64,000 nt of DNA. Origin: Malacoraja senta (taxonomy: Eukaryota). The notes beneath the pieces were generated by a model. It was not told the DNA's origin, searched no databases, and worked only from the letters and a program-made list of their open reading frames with translations. The DNA is taken from the NCBI GenBank assembly GCA_038087875.1, contig CM075990.1:14138001-14202000 (forward strand), in the 5' to 3' direction. Made by a program: the position numbers and the translations under genes. Positions 1 to 13,110 of this stretch are shown piece after piece (position 1 is the first letter of the stretch; every line of letters begins with the position of its first letter).

Positions 1-1996
1 CATGTTGAAACATATTCCACTAGTAAAATTTGGTCGGCATGGTTCTTTTTAACTTGTAGTGCAGTGGAGTGGGGTCGCTACTTACAGTGGCTTGCAAAAG
101 TTTTCATACCCCTTGAACTTTTCCACATTTTGTCACGTTACAACCACAAACGTAAATGTATTTTATTGGGATTTTATGTGATAGACCAACACAAAGTGGT
201 GCATAATTGTGAAGTTGAAGGAAAATGATACATGGTTTTCAAATTTTTTTACAAATAAAAAATGGAAAAGTGTCGCGTGCAAAAGTATTCAGCCCCCCTG
301 AGTCAATACTTTGTAGAACCACCTTTCGCTGCAATTACAGCTGCGTCTTTTGGGGTATGTCTCTACCAGCTTTGCACATCTAGAGACTGAAATTATTGCC
401 CATTCTTCTTTGCAAAATAGCTCAAGCTCAGTCAGATTGGATGGAGAGCGTCTGTGAACAGCAATTTTCAAGTCTTGCCAGAGATTCTCAATTGGATTAG
501 GTCTGGACTTTGACTGGGCCATTCTAACACATTAATATGCTTTGATCTAAACCATTCCATTGTAGCTCTGGCTGTATGTTTAGGGTCGTTGTCCTGCTGG
601 AAGGTGAACCTCCGCCCCAGTCTCAAGTCTTTTGCAGACTCTAACAGGTTTTCTTCCAAGATTGCCCTGTATTTGGCTCCATCCATCTTCCCATCAACTC
701 TGACCAGCTTCCTGTCCCTGCTGAAGAAAAGCATCCCCACAGCATGATGCTGCCACCACCATGTTTCACAGTGGGATGGTGTGTTCAGGGTGATGTGCAG
801 TGTTAGGTTTCCGCCACACATAGCGTTTTGCATTTATGCAAAAAACTTCAATTTTGGTCTCATCTGACCAGAGCACCTTCCTCCACATGTTTGCTGTGTC
901 CCCCACATGGCTTGTGGCAAACTGCAAACGGGACTTCTTATGGCTTTTTTTCAACAATGGCTTTCTTCTTGCCACTCTTCATAAAGGCCCGATTTGTGGA
1001 GTGCACGACTAATAGTTGTCCTGTGGACAGATTCTCCCACCTGAGCTGTGGATCTCTGCAGCTCCTCCAGAGTTACCATGGGCCTCTTGGCTGCTTCTCT
1101 GATCAATGCTCTCCTTGCCCGGCCTGTCAGTTTAGGTGGACGCCCATGTCTTGGTAGGTTTGCAGTTGTGCCATACTCTTTCCATTTTCGGATGATGGAT
1201 TGAACAGTGCTCCGTGAGATGTTCAAAGCGTGGGATATTTTTTATAACCTAACCCGCTTTAAACTTCTCCACAACTTTATCCCTGACCTGTCTGGTGTGT
1301 TCCTTGGGCTTCATGATGCTGTTTGTTCACTAATGTTCTCTAACAAACCTCTGAGGCCTTCACAGAACAGCTGTATTTATACTGAGATTAGATTACACAC
1401 AAGTGGACTCTATTTACTAATTAGGTGACTTCTGAAGGCAATTGGTTGCACTGGATTTTATTTAGGGGTATCAGAGTAAAGGGGGCTGAATACTTTTGCA
1501 CGCGACACTTTTCAGTTTTTTATTTGTAAAAAAATTTGAAATCCATGTATCATTTTCCTTCCACTTCACAATTATGCGCCACTTTGTGTTGGTCTATCAC
1601 ATAAAATCCCAATAAAATACATTTACGTTTGTGGTTGTAACGTGACAAAATGTGGAAAAGTTCAAGGGGTATGAATACTTTTGCAAGCCACTGCACTTAC
1701 AGGCAGTTGAGGGCAGCCATAGGTAACCTCCTTCGCTGACCGGGCATTTTGATTGGCTCATTGGAGTTTTCAGGACCAGAGAAAATTAACCGGTAATGTT
1801 AAATGCCCACTAAACTTTATTATACTTCTTAAAATTGTCTCCACTCCTTCTCCCCCCCTTCTCTTCCTTCTCTCCCACCCCTCCGTGCTCTCTAAAGGAC
1901 TTACCGTAACTGTGCAACCGTCTTTTACCTTCCTCTTCATCGTGGGTGTGAATTTCAGACAGCGCTCCCCCGCTTTCCCTGGCCCCCGCCTTTGCG

Positions 1997-2036
<40 letters not shown>

Positions 2037-2190
2037 GTGTGTGTGTGTGTGCGGTCGGTCGATCCAGCTCGCGGTTTCAACGCGGACTGTCGATCCAGCT
2101 CGAGGTTTTCCAGGCGAGTGCCCTCGAGCTTGAAGGTCGAAGGCACTCTTCTTAACTCGCGGATTAGGTCGCTCAAGTGGGACAGCCCCT
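1..2190. mobile_element. PIF/Harbinger-type non-autonomous element (only right end in window) interrupted by the Tc1; contains (GT)n at ~1998-2050
   Basis: Ends AAGTGGGACAGCCCCT followed by TTA, the same terminus as the other MITEs in the window. Confidence 0.55.
85..1693 (-). mobile_element. Full-length Tc1/mariner transposon (Passport-like, IR/DR type), transposase ~303-1314 broken by frameshifts
   Basis: ~210-bp TIRs starting CAGTGGCTTGCAAAAG with internal GCAAAAGTATTCA direct repeats; TA left flank (right flank CA); ORF pieces [53 protein letters not shown]. Confidence 0.95.
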
Positions 2191-2378
2191 TTATACGAGG
2201 TACCAGACCATAATAGTGCAAGTCAAAATTGCAGTGCAACCTTATGCAAAGTCCATAGTATTTTGGTACTGAGGTCGGGCTATAGTTAAGGCTGAAGCTA
2301 TAACAATGGGAGCGATGGTTGTTGGCGTGGCTGTGATCTTTTGCCTGGGTGTTTTCTCTGGTTACACGGGTCACTCAC

Positions 2379-2522
2379 CAGAGACAGCCTGGTCACCGCG
2401 GTGGGCAGCAGGGGCCGGCTGAACTTCTTCTGGGACCCGATGGCCGCGGGAACGGTGGAGCTGAGAACATGGCCGACACCAGGTTGATGCGGGTGATCCA
2501 GGACTGCATCAGGTCCGAGCTC
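2379..2522 (-). CDS. PSD: PSD/EFA6 exon, end of PH and start of coiled-coil region (SSDLMQSWITRINLVSAMFSAPPFP/AAIGSQKKFSRPLLPTAVTRLSL), with apparent 1-bp deletion near 2448-2450
   Basis: ttccag| acceptor, |gtgagt donor; homology switches frame at a G run; 144 nt where 145 would keep phase. Confidence 0.88.
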
Positions 2523-3573
2523 CTGGAAGCAAAAGACAATCGTGTCTATAAAGAGGTGCTCAGATCCAAGCTCAAAATCGAAGCTTTGGGGGGGACAAGG
2601 ACCTCGATACAAACAGGGACTCTATGGTGAGTACGGACACAGCAGGCTGAAGGGCCTGTTTCTGAGTGTATGATTCTATAACTCTGACAACTAGATCATC
2701 AGGCTGAAGGAGAAATAACATTAGTCTAAGGAGGATTTCTGTGCGTCCCAGAGTGTAATGATAATGTGAATCCTTTCTCCCCTGACTCTGTCTGAAGAAG
2801 GGTTTCGACTCAAACTTCATCAATTCCTTTTCTCCAGAGACGCGGTCTGACTCCAACATTTTGTATCTATCTTCTATTGTGAAGGATTTCCCTGTAGCTG
2901 AGTTAGCCACAGTTAACAAAGGCTCCTTCGTTGGAAGCAGATACACTGAACCTGCTGATGAATTTTTCACGCATTTCCTTAGCGGATAAAACCCATTCAG
3001 GTTCTTCGAACAAAAAACACCATCCCTAGATCTTGGGGCACAGGAGCAACTTACCGATTCCACAACAGTTTACCCCACATCAGCCCCTGGTGTAACTCCT
3101 CACTCCCCCCCCCCCCCCCCACTCTCCCCAATCCATTTAATCCTGCTTCTTTGCTCCCTCCTCATCAACTCGTACTCCCTCAAACCGCCTACATTACAAT
3201 AAGCACGCACCAACATTACTTAATTGGCCGTGAATTGCTTTGGGATGTTTCCAATGATAAAAAGCAGTTTATAAATGGAAACCTTTCTGTCTCTATATGA
3301 ATTGGCCCCATTCCTTTCCATCTCTCACTTTCCAGATGCCTCGCCCTTCTCTCACAGCACAGTTTAATTTAGAACATTGGTTTACTTGTTATTTTTCATG
3401 ACCTAGTTTGGAAATAGTCAATTGTTTGCTCAAGTTCGGAGAGAGAGAGAGAGAGAGAGAGAGTGAAACCAGGGAGCAAGGTTACATTTTGCCCAGATAA
3501 GGAGCTACTGTGTCAGCGTTGCCAGTATTATCTGCACCAGCCATCGACTTAACCCTGCAAGTTTGGTCACTCA

Positions 3574-3735
<162 letters not shown>

Positions 3736-4125
3736 TCAAAACAAAAAAAAAATATTCAAGACCGTCTTCCTATTTTGTGGAGGATGGAACACTGATGTTG
3801 CTTTTGTTTTTCATTGTTCCTGTACCTCACCCTAATCATGCATTTGACAATAGACTTGACCTTGTTTAACTTTCTCCCCATACATCATTGACTGATCACC
3901 CATTTGGTGGTTGCTGGCTGCTAGTTCTTGAATCCTATAAATTTTAGGCTAATAATGAAAAAAAATTCGAATTCAACATTATTTATGCCATGATAATGTA
4001 TCGTTATGTTTTACAATTGTATTGTATTACATTTAGTGAAATAAGGGTAAATATGAAAATATTGATTTTCAGCAATAAATATTTTAAAAATCACATTTTT
4101 AATTCCACTTAGCCTAATTTCATTA

Positions 4126-5369
4126 AGGGCCTGTCCCACGGGCGGGCGATTCCATGCGGCAAGCACGACCTCCCCGGAAGCGGGGGCCGAGTGATCACCA
4201 TACGGCCTGACCCACGGGCATGCGCTTCCATGCGGCGAACGCGACCTTACTGGAAGCGGGTGCCGCGTGGAGGCCGAGTGATCACCATACGGCCTGTCCC
4301 ACAGGCATGCGGTGAGCACGACCTTCCCGGAAGCCAGGGGGAGCGGACGTCCAGTTCGAGCAACGGGTAGGTGATGTTTCGGTTTTATGTAGGTGAACAC
4401 GGGTAGATGATGTTTCGGGTCGAGACCCTTCCTCAGACCATAGAAGACTGCAGAAGACTTCAGTCCGAGAAGCTGTCTCGACCCGAAACACCACCTGTCC
4501 ACAGAAGCTGCCTGATCTACTGAGTTAATTACTCCAGCATTTTTGGTGTGTCCATCTTCGGTGTAAATGGGCATCTGCAGTTCCTTGTAACTCAATTTCA
4601 ATGTAACATCCAGCAAGGACCTTCTCAATTGCGGCATTATTACTGCAATCTAGTTCAAATGAAACAGATATGTGAATCATTCTTTAATTGGGGGGTTTGG
4701 GGGGGGGGGTCAGAGGATGATCTTTGGTTCAGAGCTGGTTAATGTTTTGAGCAGTCTTGGCGGGGTGAATCCAGTCGACCCGTGTTTTAAAGGGACAGGC
4801 CACCCTGAATGAACATGTCTTTGCGCGAAGAGCAAAAACTGGTGGAGGAACTCAGCGGGTCAGGCAGCATCTGTGGAGGGGAAATGCACAGACGACATTT
4901 CACACTGATGAAAGGTCTCGATTCGAAACATCGCCTGTCCATTTCCTTCCACAGATGCTGCCTGACCCGCTGAGTTCCTCCAGCAATTTGCTTTTTTTAC
5001 TGGAGAGTTCAATATCTGCGTTTACTTGTGTCTCCACTCCATGCGTAATGCCTTTACAGTAAAGATTACTGGCTCGCAGCAAAGGGAGGCGATCTTTATT
5101 GCTGGTCAATTCAAAGATATTATTATTAAACGCAGTTCCTTCCTTCACAACAATTCCAGAGTTGACGGAGACGGTGCACGCGGCGGCGAGGCGGTGCGCG
5201 CGGAATTTTTGAACAGTGTCGGTTTTTCGGAGCCCCGTGCGGTGTCGGGACCAACTACATACGGCTCCGGCGATGTACGTGGGACCGACCCCGCGACCTC
5301 CGCGCGGCCCCCGCTTCCTGTTAGGTCGCGCTTGCTGCATGGAATCGCCTGCCCGTGGGGACAGGCCCT
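4126..5369. mobile_element. PIF/Harbinger-type non-autonomous element enclosing Penelope-derived repeats
   Basis: TIR AGGGCCTGTCCCACGGGCGGGCGATTCCATGC vs GCATGGAATCGCCTGCCCGTGGGGACAGGCCCT; TTA TSD on both sides. Confidence 0.75.
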
Positions 5370-5416
5370 TTAGACAAACATACTACTTCATAAGTGATAC
5401 TTGAGTGTCAGTTTTC

Positions 5417-5616
5417 NNNNNNNNNNNNNNNNNNNNNNNNNNNNNNNNNNNNNNNNNNNNNNNNNNNNNNNNNNNNNNNNNNNNNNNNNNNNNNNNNNNN
5501 NNNNNNNNNNNNNNNNNNNNNNNNNNNNNNNNNNNNNNNNNNNNNNNNNNNNNNNNNNNNNNNNNNNNNNNNNNNNNNNNNNNNNNNNNNNNNNNNNNNN
5601 NNNNNNNNNNNNNNNN
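5417..5616. other. Assembly gap (200 N)
   Basis: N run. Confidence 1.
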
Positions 5617-6203
5617 TTCACATTCTCCTTCAAAAGGACATTGGCAACAACCTGCACGTGACACAAATAAATGGACCTAGTGGTTGACTGAGTTGTGGAG
5701 GGAAAGGTAAACAGCGATTCAGGGGCGATATCGGGATATCCAAATAACTGGCCCAGAAGATTATTTTTGGGATGAAGAAGATTATATTTTGGGTCAGGAC
5801 CTGAAACGTCACCTATCCATGTTGACCAGAGATGCAGCCTGACCCACTGAGTTTACTCCACCACTTTGTGCCCTTTTTTGTTTTAAACTTGATTCTTAGC
5901 TGCCTCCTCAGTTCAGGGGGAATCAGGGATGGTCAGTAAACACTGGTGTTACCAACAACATCCACATCTCATAAATGGATAAAGAAAGACTCAACGCCGG
6001 GTCATCAGCTGGCTGGGTGACAGATTCTTGGGCTGAAACACGGCACTTTTGTTAAATGCCTGTCCTCCCCTCGCTGAATGTGAGAGTGGCTACTAGTTCC
6101 TGGAGCTTATGGCAAGACTGCTTATGTTAACCTCTCCTCCCCCTTGCCCAGGTTTAAACAATGTACATTCTGTGATTTTGTTTTTTGAGGAGGTGACACT
6201 CAC

Positions 6204-6394
6204 TTTTCTTGCCGTCAGAGTCAGCATGCACTTTGCGTACCAGGAAGCCGTGCTTGTAGGTGGCCGCAGTGGGGTCCTGCATGATATCTAGGAAGGGGTT
6301 ACTACCACTGCTGATGCGCTTCATGGTCTTCAAGCTCGGATTCGTCCTTTCATCAGCCAGCTCTGACAAGGACTTGCGGAGTTCCTCTTCATTA
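6204..6394 (-). CDS. PSD: PSD/EFA6 exon, linker and start of PH domain (NEEELRKSLSELAD...YKHGFLVRKVHADSDGKK)
   Basis: Within ORF 6154..6447; gacag| acceptor, |gtgagt donor; 191 nt, phase 2 to 1. Confidence 0.94.
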
Positions 6395-6644
6395 CTGTCA
6401 GGAGAAGAAGCACACATTGTCAAAGCATAATCAAAGCCCTTTCCCAATCAGACTAAGAGCCAATTTGGCATAGTGGTTCTCCCACATATTATCTGATTAC
6501 TGCATCAGTATCTTCACATGTCTCTGGACCAACTGCTGCAGTAGACAGGGGCGGCAGAAATAAGAACCAGATTACACCGAGGAGAGTTAAGGAATAGAAG
6601 GATCTTCGAGTGTGTGTGTCCACACATTCCTAATGATTACAGGG

Positions 6645-6960
6645 CTGGGCAGCACATCGGCAGCCTCACAGCGCCAGAGACCCGTATTTAATCCTGACCT
6701 CGGGTGCTGCCTGCGTGGAGTTTGCACGTTCTCCCTGTGACCGTGTAGGTTTCCTCCAGGTGCCAGAGGCGTGGCTTTCCTCCCACATCCCAAAGACATG
6801 CGGGATTGAAGGTTAATCGGCCACTGCAACTTGCCCCTTGTGTGTAGGGAATGGATGCAAATGTGGGATAACAAAGAACTAATGCCAATGGGTTATGAAT
6901 GGGTGGCGTGGACTCGGAGGGCCAAAGATATCGTTTCCATTATTTATCTTTAAACTTGAA
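6645..6960 (+). mobile_element. V-SINE (HE1-like tRNA-derived SINE); further copies at about 8080-8375(-), 10470-10730(-), 14040-14210(+), 15730-15940(-), 19375-19690(+), 22460-22714 with 23560-23622(-), 44700-44850(-), 45545-45990(+), 63660-63830(-)
   Basis: CCTCACAGCGCCAGAGACCC head, GTGGAGTTTGCACGTTCTCC V-domain, CR1-like GGGCCGAAGGGCCTGTTTC tail. Confidence 0.8.
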
Positions 6961-7502
6961 CCTAAAAAGTAAGTTGGTAAAATGAAGCCATATAAAACAC
7001 TTGCCCTCACAGTCATAAGCGTGGATTACAAGACCAGGAAATGTGCATTCAACAGTCCAGCTAGTGAAAAGAATGACACAAGAGGATGCAAAGGAGCTTT
7101 ATAAAGTTGTGGCCAGGATTGATAAATCTTAGAGGAGGAGGAATCCAGTTGGCTGATGCTGCTTCCTTTGGAACATGGAGATGTATAACATTAAATGATA
7201 CCTGAATAGAGTGAATCAAAAGAACCTATGTTCTCCAACAGAGAAGTCAATAACTAGGTAACAGAGACTGGAGTTAATTGATAGGATTAGAAGATAATTC
7301 AGGACAATTAAAATCATGCAGGGAATGATGGTGGTCTGAAACTCACTGCAAAAAGTGTTTTGGAAGCAGAAATTCTCTCCATCATAAACTATTAAAGGGT
7401 TAAAATGTACAGGACAGTAAATTGAGAACTCGGGTTAACTTGAAGGGCTTTTGCTAACAAGGACATGAGTGGTGTCGTTCAGCGCCATGTTTTGGATGGG
7501 AT

Positions 7503-7796
7503 TCAAGTCAAGTCAAGTCAAGTCAAGTCACATTTATTTATATGGCACATTTAAAAAACAACTCTCGTTGGCCAAAGTGCTTTACATTTGTTATAAGAAT
7601 AGCACAACAAAACAAACTACATACATATATACATGTAGCCCTCACTCAGAGGACGTCAGGAAAGGCTTGGGAGTATAGATAAGTCTTTAGTCTTGACTTA
7701 AAAGAGTCGATGGAGGGGGCAGTTCTGATGGGAAAGGGGATGCTGTACCACAGTCTAGGGGCTGCAACTGCAAAGGCGCGGTCGCCCCCGAGCTTA
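7503..7796 (-). mobile_element. L2 LINE 3' fragment with (GACTT)n tail
   Basis: Minus strand reads GDRAFAVAAPRLWYSIPFPIRTAPSIDSFKSRLKTYL; AAGCACTTTGG...GTGCCATATAAATAAA 3' end. Confidence 0.85.
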
Positions 7797-10700
7797 GAAG
7801 CAGCGTCTCAAAATAAGAAGTTAGCTGTTGTGGAAGAAATTTCTTCACTCAAAAGGGTGTGAATCTTTGGATTTCTCTTCCCGAGAGTTTTGTGTTGAGT
7901 CTGTTGCCGAGTATAGTTGAGACGTACGTCAATGTAATTTAACATATTAAAGTAAATGAGGGCTCGGAGGTTAATGCAGGGGCTTGTGAGGTATTAAGTG
8001 GCAGAGCAAATATGTAGGTGTGAGTGTCCCTAATTCTAATTTCATTATTGCTTGAATTGAATTGAATTGAATTGAATTGGAAGAAACAGGATGGAATCAG
8101 GCCCTTCAAGTACACGCCAAGTTTATGCTAACCATTCATCACTTCTTCACGCTATCCCACTTTCTCATCCACTCACTACATACTTGGGACAATTTACAGA
8201 GGTCAATTAACCTAGAAACTTGCACGTCTTTGAGATGGAGGAGCAAACCAGAGCACCCGAAGGAAACCCACGTGGTCATAGGGAGAATGTGCAAACATCA
8301 CACGGACAGCACCCGAGGTCGGGATCGAATCTGGCTCACTGGCACTGAGAGGCAGTAGTTCTACCACTGTGGTGCCCAATGGGACAGATTTGTCCATATT
8401 AATAGAAGCAAGGAATATGTAACTTAAGCAAGAAAGTGGTGCTGGGGTAAAAGATTGGCCATGATCCTGTTGAATGATGGTGCAGACACAAGAAACCAGA
8501 TGGGCTTCTTTTTTGTAACCTCTCTGCAGTGTTACTCTAACATCTGGGTGTGTTGATGAAAAAGGGAATGAGACATCCTGCAAGCAGCAGAATCATCACT
8601 TCCAATGCTCACGCTCACAAGATTGGCAGCAGACACACCACTACAAGTTACCTACAAGCACTGCAATTTGGCCACAAAATGTTCTCCGCCATTTTGCTCA
8701 TTTGCCAATATCTCAGCCTTTTCTCACCTTGCTTAGCATAGGACAAACAATGGCCTTGAATGCAGATGGTCATATGAGTTTTGAAACCAAGAACTGAGGT
8801 GTAGTTTGGCTTTCCTGGACAAACCATGTGAACCCACCACAGTGTTCAGTCCCACTGGTACACACAAGAGTTTGTTCTTCCTTACTTCTGGCTGAGCACC
8901 TTGTAAAGAGCTCACAGCTGCAATGAGCCTCGTAATAGTTAATGAGGGATGTGGAAAGAACTATCACACAGGTACTGACAAAAACATCAATGCAATTAAC
9001 CGTAAGCAGCTAAAATAAGAAAATATAATTGAAAAAATAAGCTTTCTGAACGTTTGCAATGCACACATTTGTCCCTCGATTTCCAACAAAAGCTTTCATC
9101 AATCTAGCTCATAGTTGATTAACTTCCTAATTAACTCGTATATAAATGGGGACATGGCCTGATATTTTGATTTCAATAATTGTATTGCCTCTCCTTCTGT
9201 AATTAAAACCTTGACGGTAGGATGGAAAAGAGCTGCCACCTTTATCATCTTCTTCTCAGGCTGTCCTTGGCCAAGGATGACGTGCTCTCATTCAGGGTCT
9301 GTGGGTTATGGGGTGGCTGATGGGGGCCAAGTGGGACTGGAAGACTCTTCTCCAGGTGAGGCAGGTTGTGGTTGCTGGTGTGGATTTGGTTCAGGAGCCG
9401 GCCCATCTCCCATTATCAACAACGGACTTCTGCTTGCTCCTGTCAAAGACTCCAGGTTCTTAGTGTCACCCTGAACACCAATTTGAGAATGGCAGAGATT
9501 CACATAAGTCTCTGGGGATGTTATACTTTCTCATGGAGGCTTTGGGGAATATCCTTTGATCCACTTTCGGTGTCCTCCAGATTTTATCCCCCATGAGAGA
9601 ATAATGTTTTGAGAGTCTGGTTGGGGGAAGGAGTGAATGATGTCACTACTCCATCAGAGGTGGCTGAGATCTATACTGGCATGCTGGCCGAGCAGAGGAC
9701 ACTGATTTGGTACCTGTTCTACCAGTAGATTTGGAGGAACTTATGGGGACTGGGTTGCTGTGAAGTCTCCAGTGGTTTGAGATACCTATTGAGGGTAGAA
9801 TATGTTACCAAATCCGAGAAGGCTCCCTGGTCGAAAAAAAAACCCAGATGCGAATGGGAGGGCTTGACCATCTTTTGCTGAGATGGCCAAGGGTTGTGAA
9901 TGGTGCGCAGGACACAGTAAATTTCCCCACTGACATCGGACGTTGTTGATAGCGGCTCCTGAGGTGTGGAATGTTGTCTCGTGTTTTCTAGGGTCCTGCT
10001 GCAGACATTTATTGTTTGAAGCAAAAACGTGCAACTGGTGCAGACAGCTAACAACGAACCATTCTACATTTCCTTACCATCGTCTGCTTTGATCTGTCAT
10101 TTTCACACCTTACCCGTGCATATCTCTAGACTCCCTCTCCCCCGACTCTGTCTGGAGAAGGGTCTCGACCCGAAACGCCACCCATTCCTTCTCTCCAGAG
10201 ATGCTGCCTGTCCCACTGAGTTAATCCAGCATTTTGTGTCTGTCTTTATCAATGTTTAGTGCAAACCCTATTTCCCTCAAAGAAGTCAATGATGACCTGG
10301 AGCTCCATCTCCAAGTGAGCTTTGATACAAGCAACATGTGCTTTCTGCAGAGATCAGTGTGATCTTGTTGCTGGAGCACAGTGGACACAAGATGAACTGT
10401 TCTCCATTTGCCCTGCAGGTTTTTCATCTTTTCCAGACAATTCCATAAAAAGTCTATGCTTAATCTCCACGTGGTTGCAATTCCATATCCCACTCTCGCA
10501 TCCACTCCCTACATGTTAGGGGAAATTTACAGAGGCCAATTAACCTCCAAACCTGTATGTATTCAGGATGTGGGAGGAAACCGGGGCACCCGGAGGAAAC
10601 CCACGGCATCACAGGGAGAGCACGCAAACTCCACACAGACTGCACCAGAGGATATATATTCATCCGGATCGAACCAGGATATCTAGCACTGTGAGGCAAC

Positions 10701-11652
10701 AGCACTAACAGCTGCCCCACTATGCCGTATTGGTTTAACATTTTGTCTGTAGGTGCACTCTGACAGTGGAATGTCCACCTATGTTATTTGTGCAAGTCTT
10801 GGAGGTGAGTTTGTACCCTCAACCTTTTAACGCGGAGGTGGAAGTGTTAGCATTGAGCCAAGACTGGTAACCAACAAGCAGTCACTTAAACCAATCTGTA
10901 AACATTGGGCAATGTGGTTTTCAAAACCGAACCAAGTCCTTCTCCAGGGTGTTAGCTAGGTCTCTCTGAAACGTCATACACCTGTATTCATTTCAGTGCA
11001 GGACAACATAAATAACAACAACTTCCATCAAGGGCAATGATAGTTCCCAAGACAGAAGAATAGGAATCAGGGGAAAATCTGATACAATTCCAAAACAACC
11101 CAAGCAAAAAGCATGGAACAAACAAGTTCCATCCAGTACACCACTATCTCACCCATCAACACAAGACTCCAGAGCATTCCTCATTAGATGAACTACTAAT
11201 TATAACCTCAATTTCAACCACACCAAGTGCCCCTTGGCTCTGCTAGAGGTTATCAGGTTACCTAATACTGAATACAGTCATTAGAGCACATCGCTTGGGA
11301 TCTCCAATCTATAAACAGTAGCGCAGAGTACAAAAGCAGAGTGGTTACATCGAGCACTGGAAGATCGCAAGCTGCAACTAAGGTATAGCATCTGGTTCCG
11401 TCACTGCTCTTTAGGGAGGAAGAGAAGGCTCAAAAAATGATTGCGTAAATAACAGAAGGGTCCCAGGATGAAGGAGTTAAAGTACCCATATGACATGGCA
11501 TAAGTGTAATCATTCTCCTTACAAAGAGGTTAACAAATAATTCCATAGAGTGGTCAGACATGACAAAGTACATAAACTATTTTCATGATCTGAGATGAGC
11601 TATGAACCAGGGGCACAAAGTCATAGATAAAGGCCAACGCAGTAGGATTATA

Positions 11653-11928
11653 CCAAAATGCAGGCGTAACTTAGCGGGACAGGCAGCATCTCTGGAGAGA
11701 AGGAATGAGTGACGTTTCGGGTCGAGACCCTTTTCGACCCGAAACGTCACCCATTCCTTCTTTCCATAGATGCTGCCTGTCCCGCTGAGTAACTCCAGCA
11801 TTTTGGAGAAGGGTCTCGACACGAAACATCACTCATTCCTTCCCTCCAGCGATGCTGCCTGTCCCGCTGAGTTACGCCAGCATTTTGTGTCTATCTTCAG
11901 TTTAAACCAGCATCTGCAATACCTTCCT
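11653..11928. mobile_element. Penelope-derived foldback unit with 16-bp TSD
   Basis: Inverted plus tandem terminal-repeat copies; ACGCAGTAGGATTATA at 11637-11652 and 11929-11944. Confidence 0.75.
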
Positions 11929-12697
11929 ACGCAGTAGGATTATATGAGGCTTTTTCATGCAGTGAGTGGCATGATCAGGAATTCACTCCCTTAAATGGTG
12001 GTGGACAGATTCAATTGTCCCTTTAGAAAGGGAATTGGATAAACAATGCAAAAATCAGCATGGAAATCTATTTTTTGAGGTATTTTGGAAAGGGGATTAG
12101 AAAAAGAGGGGAAAAGCCAGTTGTGTACTAGTGCAATTTGCACACCAGTATGAAGCTAATAACTTAAGCTTGGTCAAAAGCAAAGCACTTGTCAATGGCT
12201 GCATTTTCATATTTTACTGAATTTATTTGAAGCAATGAAATTGCGGAACACACCACAAAGAGAGAAACTGTTTCAAACTTGAACTGCTTTTATTTTCCAC
12301 CTTTCACCTAAAATTTCAAGGGGACACATTGGTTGTAATTTAAACCCAAGAAAGCCGAGTTGGAGGAACAGAATTTTACAGACGGAACCGGGCCCTTTGG
12401 CCCAACGTGTCCATACTAACCAAGGTGCCTTTCTGAGCCTTTCCCATTTGCCTGCATTTGATCAATATCTCTCTTAACCTTTCCAGTCTATGAATCTGTC
12501 CAAACGTCATATAAATGTTGTGTCCATACCAACCCCTACCACTTCTTCTGGCATTTGTTCCATATACCTGCCACCCTCTGTGTGTAAGAGTTACCCCTCA
12601 GAACTCTTTTCCCTCTCACCTTCAGCCTATACCCTCTAGTTTTAGACATCCCTGCCATGAGTAAAACACTGCGACCATTCACCTTATCTATGTTCCT

Positions 12698-13110
12698 CAT
12701 AGAAACATAGAAAATAGGTGCAGGAGGAGGCCATTCGGCCCTTCGAGCCAGCACCGCCATTCATTGTGATCATGGCTGATCGTCCCCTATCAATAACCCG
12801 TGCCTGCCTTCTCCCCATATCCCTTGACTCCACTAGCCCCTAGAGCTCCATCTAACTCTCTCTTAAATCCATCCAGTGATTTGGCCTCCACTGCCCTCTG
12901 TGACAGGGAATTCCATAAATTCACAACTCTCTGGGTGATAAAGTTTTTTTCTCACCTCAGTCTTAAATATATACCTCCCCTTTATTCTAAGACTGTGGCC
13001 CCTGATTCTGGACTCGCCCAACATTGGGGAAAATTTCCCTGCATCTAGCTTGTCCAGTCCTTTTATAATTTTATATGTTTCTATAAGATCCCCCCTCATC
13101 CTTCTAAACT
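12698..13110 (-). mobile_element. CR1 3' fragment nested in an older CR1 fragment (~12370-13260)
   Basis: catagaaacatagaaa tail; RMRGDLIETYKIIKGLDKLDAG peptide. Confidence 0.85.

Noticed and set aside
5383..5687. ORFs spanning N runs (also 55932-56249)
   Set aside because: Artefacts of assembly gaps
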